Source of the DNA: Paraphysomonas bandaiensis
Lineage: Eukaryota; Protista; Chrysophyceae
Direction: 5' to 3'
Length of the DNA stretch: 64,000 nucleotides
NCBI GenBank assembly: GCA_965644295.1
Contig: CBFFRP010000362.1
Location: 1-64,000 of the forward strand
The position numbers were made by a program, and so were the translations under genes. The notes under the pieces were generated by a model. That model did not search any database and had not been told where the DNA came from. It was given only the letters and a program-made list of their open reading frames with translations. Each line of letters opens with the position of its first letter. Positions within the stretch are counted from its first letter, which is position 1. This document shows positions 52,569 to 64,000 of the stretch, in pieces.

Positions 52569-53425
52569 CGTATGTTGAGTCATAGTATCTGTATATGTGC
52601 TTTGAAGGTGGCTGATTTTTGTAGACGTGTTATTGTAGTCGACGCATTTATTCGCGAATACAGCAGTTATCGTGTGCTTCTATGAATTAACCTATAGATT
52701 TTTCGTAGTAAAATTTTGATTGTCCTATTCAGCCAGCATGCCAAGGTGTATAGCTTATTCTACATGAATGAACTTTTATTAGTTTCTTATTAAACAAACG
52801 TTAAAAGCTAGTAGTTGATTAATTTCGGTAGGAGTTTAGCGTTATTAGGATACGTACACTTCATTATTCACAGCCGTGGATGTGGAATTAAATTGTACTA
52901 CTTACACTTTAATTTGCTCCTTTGTTATACGATGTGCCACGAAAGAAACATGACTACTAACATTAACGCTTCCTTTGTACTTCATTACATTTCACCAGTA
53001 AATCCCACGCACATGTGTAAATATCTTATTTAAACATACATCAACAACTTAATTTACTTTCTGCGTCAATATATTCACACTTTCCTAGAATGACTTGGTT
53101 TCTCCCACAGCACACTTTTAACTACTTCGACTTCGATGTGATGACACCCGATTATTACATTACATGCATACCAAGTCACAAGTTCTCAATACTTTCGATA
53201 TTCCATCACATGCAGTCAATGTCTACGAAAAGAGAACACTTTAACAAAATACATCAGACAGTCTACTGTGAGGGTAAATCTAGAAGTATGATGAATATGA
53301 ATATCCACGAAAGCAGATTATCACTGCGTCAAATATGAACTTCTAATGAAAGAGAAACATAATAACAAGCGCTTCTACTACTGCAATATATAACAAGCCC
53401 GTCATTCAGAGCCCAAACGATGCCC

Positions 53426-55366
53426 CTACGAGGTTGACGTAGGACCACTAGTAGAGGGGTGAGACTGAGGTTTCTGGCGAATTTCTTCAGCTATAAATAA
53501 CGCATTAGAATAATGTAATCGAGTACAATACATACAAAGTGCACAATTATACAGGAATGGCGAAATAAGCGAACACTTGTACAATAAAACCCCTGTACAT
53601 ATGATTCACCTGTCAAAAATCCAGAAGCTAAAGGTGCACGAGTAGCGCTGGTAAAAAGCCGAACCTCCCATGATGAGATGTCGAAATAAACATACTGTAC
53701 ACCCGGGTGTCCTTGAATCTGCTCCTGTGGGCTACGTGATTTAAACCATACCCGGAGTTCACCGTGGTACCGCCATTCTCGCCGATACAACTCTACGGCG
53801 GAAGTAGTTTGCAGTACATCCCTAGGCATCGCGTAAAACATGTAAAATAGTGTCTCCAACTGGAACTTTGACAAATGCTCGGGCTTAAGACTAGGCGAGT
53901 GCATCAGATAGCACTGGGGTGTTGTGAATTGAGTCTCGCTTGCCGCCGTCTGATCAGCAAATGGACCCGAAAATGTGGTATACAAATTATCAACAGAATT
54001 AAGGTTCAGTCCAAATGTTGTGAGATCAGACCCCAACGAGAGATAATTCATATCCTATATAAAAGTATATAAATATATAAGAAGTTAATAAATGATACTA
54101 GAGAACACTATGAATCGACGGATTAAAGGAATGGTAGAATGCTAAATACCCAGATAACATGCTGTCCATTTTACACCACCTTGTTTGTCATATTGATTAC
54201 ATCCAGTAGCCCCATCAAGCCATACTTCAGCTCTCCAGATGGACCAGATTCAGATCCCATTAATCGAGGCGACGCCGGAACGCTCGGTGGTCGGCTAGGC
54301 GGATTACCAGAATTTGACCGCGTATTTCCTGGCACATTGGCACTGGATGAAAGCGGCATGTTACCAACAACACTCCCAAACCCAGTTCCGACTTCTCCTA
54401 GACCAGCAGAAGGCTGAAGTGGTGGTGATTTGATAGATTGTGGTTGTATAAGTGGGGAGGCTTGGCGAGGAAAAGACGGCGACGAACCAGCATGCCGGGG
54501 CAGATTATGCTGTCCCTGCTGGTGCTGTTGACCTTGAGTTTGTTGAGATACAACGGGATGTTCGGAATGCTGCTGCACTTCTTCATTTGTACTAGACGTG
54601 CTCTCCGTCCGACTTTTTCCTTGAGAGCTTGGCAATGCGGGGAACTCTTCACTGTGTATAGTGAATTCTTCCTCTCTTTGTGGGGGCAGGCCTCCTTGGG
54701 AAAGATGTGGTCCTGGTATTTGACTATTGACACTGGATGGAATCCGGAGTTGCTGAGGCTGTCCGTGTAGCATAGAGAAGTTGGTATTGTCGTATTGCAT
54801 AGACGAATCAGGCATGGTGCGCTGCTGACCATAACCCATCCCCATTTGAAGTCCCCCACCGCCACCCATCATATCTCCTCCCATACGTTGGTACATACCA
54901 CCACCCATATTCATTCCCATGCCTCCCTGATTAGAGGGCATCCCTAAATAAAGAGGACACTATTAGATCATTGGACTTTCTTATATCTATTTTCACTACG
55001 AGGATGTGGGTATCAGTACCACACATACTGGTCAGTGCACAACATCACCTCCATATGACGATTGTCTCTGCTGCATTGGCGGTCCACTGTTCATATAATC
55101 TCCACCCATAGGCATACCACCACTTTGACTTCGACCAACCTGCGCATACATCACTATCTCTCTATTTATTAACGTGAACACATACCATAGAAGGCATAGG
55201 AGGTCTCTGTTGACTATGCTGGCCCATCCCTTGTGCTGTACATGTATTACACACATCACTCATGTATATAAATCATCATATCTAATTAACACTCACATTG
55301 TTGATGCATGTTATAGGGAATATAGCCATTATACCCTCTGCTATCCCCTGACATGTGTTGCTGCAT
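53426..55366 (-). CDS. NOT2: CCR4-NOT complex subunit NOT2 (start uncertain)
   Basis: EEFTIHSEEFPALP, KYGLMGLLDVI, LSLGSDLTTFGLNLNS, LETLFYMFYAMPRDVLQ, ELYRREWRYH NOT-box. Confidence 0.93.
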
Positions 55367-55593
55367 TGGGAACCCTCTGATATAACGATATCTGTACAGA
55401 TGAATTTATAGAGGAGCCTTATTATCAGTCTTGAAATTATAGAAAAACAAGAGACCTCACTGCTTAATCTGAGGCTATTGATCTTGATGGTTAATATATG
55501 AGGCCATTCAATAGAGAAGTGTGTCAAGTCATGTCATTATAATGTACGATACACGCTGCCTATAGTCAGAATACCTGTACCTCTGGACCAATG

Positions 55594-55912
55594 CATACAT
55601 ACATACATACATACATACATACATACATACATACATACATACATACATACATACATACATACATACATACATACATACATACATACATACATACATACAT
55701 ACATACATACATACATACATACATACATACATACATACATACATACATACATACATACATACATACATACATACATACATACATACATACATACATACAT
55801 ACATACATACATACATACATACATACATACATACATACATACATACATACATACATACATACATACATACATACATACATACATACATACATACATACAT
55901 ACATACATACAT
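55594..55912. repeat. (CATA)n microsatellite
   Basis: Directly visible. Confidence 0.99.
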
Positions 55913-56099
55913 GCAGAGGGTGCAGTGACCGTAGAGGTTATTCCAGGTCAAGTATTCAGCGATACTATCATATATCTACTATCATCAATCATGTCCGCAG
56001 CAAAGTGCGTTGTTGTCTGTATCTGCTATCTTCTTTATCGTTAATATTTGTCGCAGTAATATTTTGACGGGGGTTATTGTAGCGCCATTTATTTTTCTA

Positions 56100-56439
56100 A
56101 TGGCTGCTGTCTCTCTCTCCAGCTTACAGCGAGGAATTGAGTGGGTCACAATAACAGCGAAGAGTACCAGTCTGAGGGGATGGATGCGCGTGTATGTGAA
56201 ACCAGCCTGCAAGAACGTAGCTACTGTGCTGGAGCGTATTCTCGGTGGTACGTACACACATATACACTGTCATACATATACATAACGTAGGTGTCAATGA
56301 TATAGGTAACAAAATAACGGTTACCCCAACCAATGTCTTGCTGATGGCGATATTGATTGTTCTTTTCGCTCTCTTGCTCAGCAAGTCTGAATCGAATGAG
56401 AAATCGAAGAAATCCGCTTCTAAGGGAAAGAAAGATTAA
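56100..56439 (+). CDS. Small hypothetical single-pass membrane protein with a lysine-rich tail, 1 intron
   Basis: MAAVSLSSLQRG..ERILG splices (GT-AG ~56248-56290) to GVNDIGNK..VLLMAILIVLFALLL..KGKKD*. The tail resembles a dilysine ER-retrieval signal. Confidence 0.55.
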
Positions 56440-56794
56440 ATGCTCTCTTTCCACATGATCAATGTTTTCGAATGTTGTAAACATAATGCATCTTTTTTTG
56501 AATTGTATTTTATATTTGTTCATTAGTTAAAATGAGCACTGGCTATCGCTGGCAAATGTGTGGTCTAAGGGCTAGGGAATAGGGAACAATATTTCGCAAC
56601 ATTGTAGACAATGACCCCCATGTATACATAACTTTCCCTTAATCAACTACGTTACTTCATCTAGAATAGCATGAGTCGTATAAAAATCCCTCACATATTT
56701 GTTATTACAAATTGACAGAATTGTTGATTACAAGGACTAGTCACCGACTAAAAACTAGCAAATATCTAAACCAGATAAACTCTTTGCAGGAACA

Positions 56795-59504
56795 TTATTT
56801 TTCTATAGGCCGTGATTCATCGACTCGGTATATGTATCTCTGATACATGTATATAATGAAAACGATGTCGTCCCTACAACATAAGCCAATTCACACTGTT
56901 CTATGAACATGAAATCTACGAAGTGGACGTACAGAATGTGGGAGACGCAACAGTTCGTGGCAAATAGATCTATACATATATAGTACACACTCACCTGAAT
57001 ACCGACAGCCGATGCATCGTCGGCATTTTGATTATAAATGCGAAGAGATCTGATAATACACCATTAAAGAGTAAATGTGTATCGCGTATGTGTACCATCT
57101 ATAAAAGTATTGATGAATCTGAAACAGAGAAATTTCCACGGTAGATGGGACACACTTTTTAATTTGTGATTGATGAAAAGCTGAGGGCACATCAGCACGA
57201 AACCTCCAGTATACCTGTGGTTCATACATACATCGTAAAAAATGGATATTAGCATTGCGCAGTTGAACTTACACGCATGTCGTGAGCGTAGTAATCACCC
57301 ACGAGTACCACGATGCATGTTTGTCCATAACGAGGCTTCTAATCGCAAATCCAATAACTAAAGGTAGAAGAATAGCACCTAGGTGTGTGGTGGCATATCT
57401 ATCAGCTTCTATTGTGACCCGTGTCAGCTCCGAAAGAACCCCCTCCTTGTCATCCTCTTTGTCAGGACTGCTACTTCCTTTTACCGAGCTAGTGCTCTGC
57501 GTAGAAGCAGCAGATGAATTACTTACAGACTCTAAGCGTGTGAAAACAATACTCCAACCACGGATTGTCACCCCGGTGGCTTTTTTAACCTTTCATATGG
57601 AATTCACATATCAGAGGCATGCTGAAAACAGAACTGCATACTACCTTCCAGCATTGTATAACAATACCACAAAAAGCAGGAATGATCACTAGAAGAGATG
57701 TGTTTGAGTCAAGAAGAAATAGAAACACAATTATTTGGGACACTAGATCAGTAATAACAGCGCGAACAGATAAACCCGCAAGACTTTTATTTTGCTGCCA
57801 AAACGATATATCCGACTGAAACGCTAAAAACTCGAATAAAAGATGCATAGTAGAGGCAAACATTGTTACACCCAGAAGATATATAGATGTATCTGATATA
57901 AGCCTGATACAAAGCACACAAGTTATATAACTTAAATACTAAACAAAAATCGCAGTACCGTCTGACATCATCAAGGTCATTATCAGTAAACCCCATTCCC
58001 TTATTAGTCTGAAAACTCTGCTCCATGTGTCTCATTAGGAGCCAACGCTGAAACGAATTGAAGGCAATCAGTAATCACAAGAATTCAGTTGGAGAATCGT
58101 ATTGTGGGTAAATATATCACACAATGTTCAACAGTACTCCACAATTAGTATATCCTACACACATTGATGCGCTATCTGTAGTAGTATTATACCTGCATCG
58201 ACATAGGTTCATACGATATGGTCAGAGGTAGGCTTGTCACAGAGGCGTTGAGAGGTATATACTTGTCTGAAGTTAGACCAATCTCATCAGCATGAATAGG
58301 AGGCCTATAAAACAGCTTCTCGATATATGTTGATGATTAGAAAGCGAATAATAAACTAGTAGAACACAGTACCTGCTGCCTACTTGCAACCGCTTTCTTC
58401 TTACTCATCGACTTCGGAGTGACTATATACTGATGCATAGCCGGAGGGACTGACGTAAGATGCATAAGCAAGAGTGACAAGAAAGATGTAACGAGGAGTA
58501 CCATAGTCAAGTGGATAGAGAGTGAAGTCTGTAACTAGTCGTACAGCTACTTCAGGTTTCCAATAAGGAATTATCGTGTCAGGTGGCATGGCTGCACGAC
58601 GAGCTGAATACAGCATAATCAGAATAAACATGAAACAGCAAATGCACATATCACATGAAGTACGTGACATATTTCATTACAAATGTGTTCACCACAGTAT
58701 CATATCAGGAAGATATATGCAGGAGTATACCGTCTTCCGGGTCTTCAGTTTGCCATCCAAGGTCTGCAAGGAGATACCTATGCCTGAATGAGCGAGGAAT
58801 TGTGTCCAGTTTAATCATCTTAACCACCCCATACTGTGCCCTGCCACTCTTATATATGCGTTACACAACGTATATATGTTAGAGAAATATTTCGTTTCCA
58901 GTAGTACACAAATGTACAGTTTAACTTGTTCAATTTTCACCTGCACAATGCTTCCTGTTATTTCATCAGGCAGGTCATCAGAATCTTGTATAGCCAGCGC
59001 ATGTAAGTAAATATCAGTGCTGTTGCCCCTGATGCCTTTCCATACGCGTGTAGAAGCCACCCCAACTTGACTTGACCCATTCGAGATCACAGAGGGATGC
59101 ATAGTTATATTCAACATGGTCTCGTGTTTCGTCTCATTCGGAAGAAAATGCAAGCCACGTTGATAACTTAAAATAATATTTTGAGCTTGTAAATCCGATA
59201 TATTGCTGTTAGCATACATTATACGCATAAGACTGCAGATATAAAGCAGCATACAATCGAGAAAACCGGGAAGAGTGCGAGAGGAATGTAATTAGCGTAA
59301 AGCTCTGATTCATACTCCATAGAGGATCAATAGTCGGCCCACTGACCTCTACCCCATCCATTGGGTTCATTAGTTTGTACATCTGTAGAGTATTGTTAGG
59401 AGGATTGAGTGGATAGTAAGAGATACCTGTGTGCCTGTATAGTACAGATACATAGCCAATAGCACACAGCTCAGAGTGGTGGAATTAAATAGCATTGAAA
59501 ACAT
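56795..59504 (-). CDS. CLPTM1/CLPTM1L-family membrane protein (lipid scramblase), many introns
   Basis: YWKPEVAVRLVTD, LHLLFEFLAFQSDISFW, GLSVRAV, GFVLMCPQLFINHKLKSVSHLPW, NTFIDDLFAFIIKMP, RDDIVFIIYMYQRYIYRVD. Confidence 0.95.
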
Positions 59505-59836
59505 TGCTGCAAGAAAATTCACCAGTTGAAATAATGATACACTACTAAGTTTGATAATATTCCAGGAGTGTTGCAGAGATCCAGAAGGGACTATGCGTGT
59601 AGTAAAGGTATGTAGAACGGGCTACACATTGAAATTCATTTGTCCGGTACGGATCTGCCCCCCCCTGTTAGTTTGGAGATATGAATATTTCGATTTTTTT
59701 GGTGCAGGGGTTCAATGCACTGAGAGTTGAGGTCCTCTTAATACAAACCAAACTATCCGCACATACAGTCATGTCATTCATAAATTATATCCAATACACT
59801 CATGTATTAATGTCATAGTCCACAGTATACGTTGAG

Positions 59837-60944
59837 ATGTTCTTTCCAGTCATCATTTCGGCCCTGTATATGAGTATGGCCACATGTAGTAAACTCCTCG
59901 TAGGGGACAGTGACCGATCACGCTGCATGGATATATGTAAATCAGAGGGACTAGAGTGTGATAATAGATGGATTCATAGATACAGTTGTGAAGAAGCAGC
60001 TCAGGTTGCCTGCAATAATCGTGAAATGCGTGAACTGTCGTTCCATCCGGAAGATGTGTCCTGTCACTTCGGTGGCGGCTGTTTCGTAAACTGCCACTCG
60101 TATGTTTATTTTGAAATAGCGCGCTGGAATGCAACATGCGGAGAAAATTATTGTTTATTCAGGACTCCTATGCGCATTCTCTGTCCATGTAAGGAGCGTG
60201 CTGCTGTTCCTGAACCTGCAGTCATTCACTACACTACTGAGGAGACTGCTGGGGTGTCTATATTTTATATTACAGTGTGTCTGTTCGGTATATATTTGAT
60301 TTGTTGTTGCTGTTCAGCGTCTCTTGTTAAAAGGTATGGCCAATATTATTTTATGCTGCACCCTTAAGTTTTTTGTCTCACACAGAAGTAATTTTGCTGG
60401 GGCAACACAGGAAGAGATGGAGGCATTTCTTCAAGAAGAACTGAACTCTCCTGTTCGACAACTTTATTGGTGTCTTTGCTGCGAGCCGATTCAGCACTAT
60501 TTGGTTGTATGCTTCAAGAAAACAAAGAAGTGTTTCCGTAGGGCGTGTAGGGCGTGCGGTGGCTATATTTCTGGATACTGCAGGAGATCTCAAGAGAATG
60601 TATCTAGTCTTGGTGAGTCTTCTCACGCATTGATAGAGATGGAGGAAGCAGATAGGTCGTCCCGCGGCACCCGCAAGAAACCATCAAAGGATCGAAGATC
60701 AAGAGATAAAAGTAGAAAAAAATTACGGGGAAAAGAGAGTATTCCAATAGCTCCTTCTATAGAGGAATGCGCAAAGCAGGATATATCTAGTATTGAATCT
60801 CCTGTTGAGAGCGGAGATAGTACAAAATCAGGTGCCACAGGGTCATCACGGCCAGTGACACGGGAGGACATTACTACTTTAGCCGCACTTTATAGTACTA
60901 AGAATAGCAAACGCCGTAGTGTGCCTACGTCGAGCTTAGATTAG
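59837..60944 (+). CDS. Type I membrane protein with a Cys-rich ectodomain and a Cys-rich/basic cytosolic tail, 1 intron
   Basis: Signal peptide, ~12-Cys domain, TM (VSIFYITVCLFGIYLICCCC). Intron ~60334-60384 joins the second ORF. Confidence 0.7.
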
Positions 60945-61312
60945 TAAAGTATTGTTCTTATAGATTAATCATCAGACTGGCCTGTCAGATATATGCCTAG
61001 AATCAGCGTACTAGAGTCGTAATGTGTAACGAAGTTATATTTAGATCTGAGATCCTTGTGTGTATCATATTTGTTCTATATTAACTTCGCTTTGTGCTGT
61101 TATTGTGTACTCCATAACAAATAACTAAACAATGTAAATCGTCAAAGTATTTAACTTTCCATTGTGTAGTCACCAAGTTGACAAATGTAAATGAACTCCC
61201 AGAGAGTACTTTGTACTTTACCCACTTCATGCATAAATTGTTAGGATAAATTAATGTCGTCTAACGCAATAGTTATTATGTTCTTTTCACAAATATATAT
61301 TCTCCTTATCTC

Positions 61313-61429
61313 TATTGATAATTGCTCATTTTAAGCTAGATCACAGAGAGAATTTGTCGTAGGACTAGATAGGTAGATTGTCTTCAAGTGACATACTGAA
61401 TATACTAGAATAAGATCCATATTCTAATA
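61313..61429 (-). mobile_element. Internally deleted solo LTR of the same family as 45168-45445, with a 5-bp TSD
   Basis: The reverse complement matches both ends of the 45168 LTR (TATTAGAATATGGATCTTATTCTAGTATATTCAGT.. and CTATCTAGTC.TACGACAAATT..GAGCAATT). Flanked by ATCTC at 61308-61312 and 61430-61434. Confidence 0.82.
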
Positions 61430-62163
61430 ATCTCTATAGTATATATTTCGACTTTCGACAAACCCAACATACCGTTGGGTCAGGTTCAACGATATCGCTT
61501 CGGGTGACAAGGGGTTCGGTCGGGCTTCTGTCATGACTAGACAAACGTCTATCCTCCAAATTGCCCACGAAATACTTAATACGCTGGTCTTTTGTGCTTA
61601 ACATCAAATAAAGCTTATCACCCAGTTGAATTCACCTCTCAGCTAACTTACAAACGACCTATTACATAAATACATGTCAATCTATAGTAACACTCTCAAA
61701 GTTTTCACCGGCCATCTCTGCCTGATATGTACTTATGTATGCTTCACGATTTGTGAAACCACAGGGAAATCAATAAATGGGACATGTTGTAAGCACCTAT
61801 AGCCTATGGCACTATTGGTTGACCTGTATAACTCCCTCAGCCATAATAGTTTATATTACTTCAGTAAATCACGACTGAAATCTCCAGGAATCTTTTCTTG
61901 ATGATAGTATGGAGAGTGAGTGACCTATACGGAAACTACAGACTATAGACCAGTATACCCAGTATACAGTTTTCAGTTTGTTAGAAACCTCGGTATAACA
62001 TGATATACATACGGTATTACTGCAGACACTGCTCTACGTATACTTACACAGAGTGTATCCATATGGGCCGGTACTACGACCACATACAGCAGCAGCGGTA
62101 CTGTACATATACATGCTCCTATCGCTCTCCTTTCATCACTATGTTTCATACATACACTTTACC

Positions 62164-64000
62164 ATGATAACTTTTAGTAAGGTTCTCTATATCGCCGCCG
62201 GTCTTGCTGGCCTGGTCGATGGTTGCTCGAATATTATCGTCAGCCCTGGAGCATCAGCAGACTCATCCTCTATGGTCGCTTATAACGCTGATAGTGCGGC
62301 TTTGTATGGTAGCTTATACCACTATCCCGCTGCTGACCATCCAAAGAACTCAATGAGAGATATCTACGACTGGGATACTGGTGTTTACCTTGGACAAATT
62401 GAAGAGGTTGAGCACACGTATAATGTTGTGGGCAATATGAACGAGTTCGGTTTGTCTATTGGGGAGACTACATACGGAGGGGTTAGTGAACTTCAGTCTC
62501 AACCAGGAGCTAAAATTGACTACGGGTCGTTGATTTGGGTCACATTACAGCGTGCCAAGACGGCACGTGAAGCAATTCATACTATCAGTCGCCTGATGAG
62601 TGAGAACGGTTATGCTTCTGAAGGAGAAAGTTTCTCTATTGCCGACCCTCATGAAGCATGGTATGAACCATTGAATTATAGCTATTTATGATATACCTGT
62701 CGTACTCATGTTTTGAATTGTATATTAACCTAACTCTATGTCACTTCAGGGTCATGGAGATCATTGGTAAGGGTTCGTATGAGAGAGGAGCTGTATGGGT
62801 AGCTCGCCGCATTCCTGACGGGTATGTATGCGCTCACGCTAATCAAGCCCGCATTACTACTTTCCCATTGGATGACCCCGAGGATACGCTATATGCACCT
62901 GATGTTATATCCTTTGCCCGCAAAATTGGCCTCTATGATGGTCCCGATGAGGAATTTTCATTCTCCGATGTCTATGACGCTGTAACTTTCTCTGGTGCCA
63001 GGTGGGCAGCGTGATAGCATGTCATAGCATATCCGTGTACTTGTGAATTATCTCTGATTTTTGGGATGTTTATGTCTTACGCGTTGCCTCACAGGTTTTG
63101 TGAGGCACGTGTGTGGTCATTCTTTGGAGATGTTATGGGAGAGGAATGGGCACAACAGTATCTGGATTATGCCCAAGGCTACAACCTAACTAACCGAATG
63201 CCTCTTTGGGTGAAGGTATCGCTACACAATACCTTTACTGATTGTGATACTAATGATAATATTCGCAGCCGGTACAGAAGGTGTCCTTAAAGGACACTAT
63301 GCGTCACATGCGGAATCACTATGAGAATACCCCTTTAGCCATGGACGGCGAGGTCTTTCCTGATGTTGGGGCAAGCTATGGCTACACTCCAGTCCGTGCC
63401 CACCCGCTGACGTGGACATCTGGCAGTAAAGAGTACCTTAATGAACGGCCTATTGCAACCCAGCAAACAGGTTGGAACTTCATCGCTCAAAGTCGCAAAT
63501 GGATGCCCCAGGAATTCTCTGGTTTGCTTTGGTTCGGCGTTGATGACTCTGCTACAACAGTGCGTTTTCCTGTTTATGGGTCTGCTACGCGAGTGGCCGA
63601 TGCATTCGCGGGTGCTGGGGCTCAGGATGGCGTCACCCCCCCACTGATGAAATTTGATTTTCAGAGTGCATTTTCCGTGTTCAACCTTGTTGCCAACTGG
63701 GCATACTCAAGATGGGATCTAATGTACCCAGATGTCCTTGCCCGCATCGAATCTCTGGAAGACTCGTTAATTGCTCAAGCCAATGATGTTGATATTAAAG
63801 CTAAGCAAGTCCTTGAGTCAAGTGGTGTGAGCGCAGCTATTGAGCTCGTTACATCCTTTTCTGTTGACGCTGGTAATAGCCTCGTCAGGAGTTGGGCTAA
63901 TTTCTTTGGGGAAATGTTTGTAAAATACAAAGATGGATACGTGTTCACTGAGGACTCATCGGAGCCTAGCTGCGGATGTAGCGTTGCCAATGGGGCGTAT
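62164..64000 (+). CDS. Secreted peptidase C69-family dipeptidase (Ntn hydrolase), runs off the window end
   Basis: Signal peptide followed directly by the nucleophile Cys (LVDG/CSNIIV), YNADS, GNMNEFGLSIGETTYGG, LQRAKTAREAI, GESFSIAD, AHANQARI, CEARVWS, NERPIATQQT. Confidence 0.93.

Noticed and set aside
61465-61660. Exon-like minus-strand frame containing an in-frame TGA (..LAER*IQLG..)
   Set aside because: No start or terminal exon could be assembled, there is no redox-like context or SECIS, and it lies beside a solo LTR; more likely a pseudogene fragment than a second selenoprotein.

Overview
Gene-dense eukaryotic nuclear DNA with short GT-AG introns. A CFAP96-like gene suggests a flagellated protist; a stramenopile is plausible but cannot be proven here. 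About 20 genes are recognisable: beta-hydroxyacid dehydrogenase, MFS transporter, bacterial-type RNase HII, long GT2, isochorismatase-like, ALG2, CFAP96-like, TPR-2xcNMP, SMP-domain protein, RPC8, SAM methyltransferase, GT14, NOT2, CLPTM1-like and a C69 peptidase. Mobile DNA includes a pogo/Fot1-type DD35D transposon, a non-autonomous MULE-like element filled with a 23-bp minisatellite, an internally deleted MULE, and a copia LTR/gag remnant with a related solo LTR. Long (TACA)n tracts lie between divergent genes. Top finding: a gene at 43227-43595 (-), only partly captured by the ORF track, with an in-frame UGA (EYGPYMN-U-G) and a SECIS-like hairpin in its 3' UTR. It is a candidate selenoprotein resembling the UPF0728/C10orf53 family, with an Rdx-like layout. 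Second finding: a STIM-like signal peptide-EF-SAM protein followed by FN3, TM and a FYVE-like finger (46456-48512, -). All family assignments are from motif recognition, not database searches.
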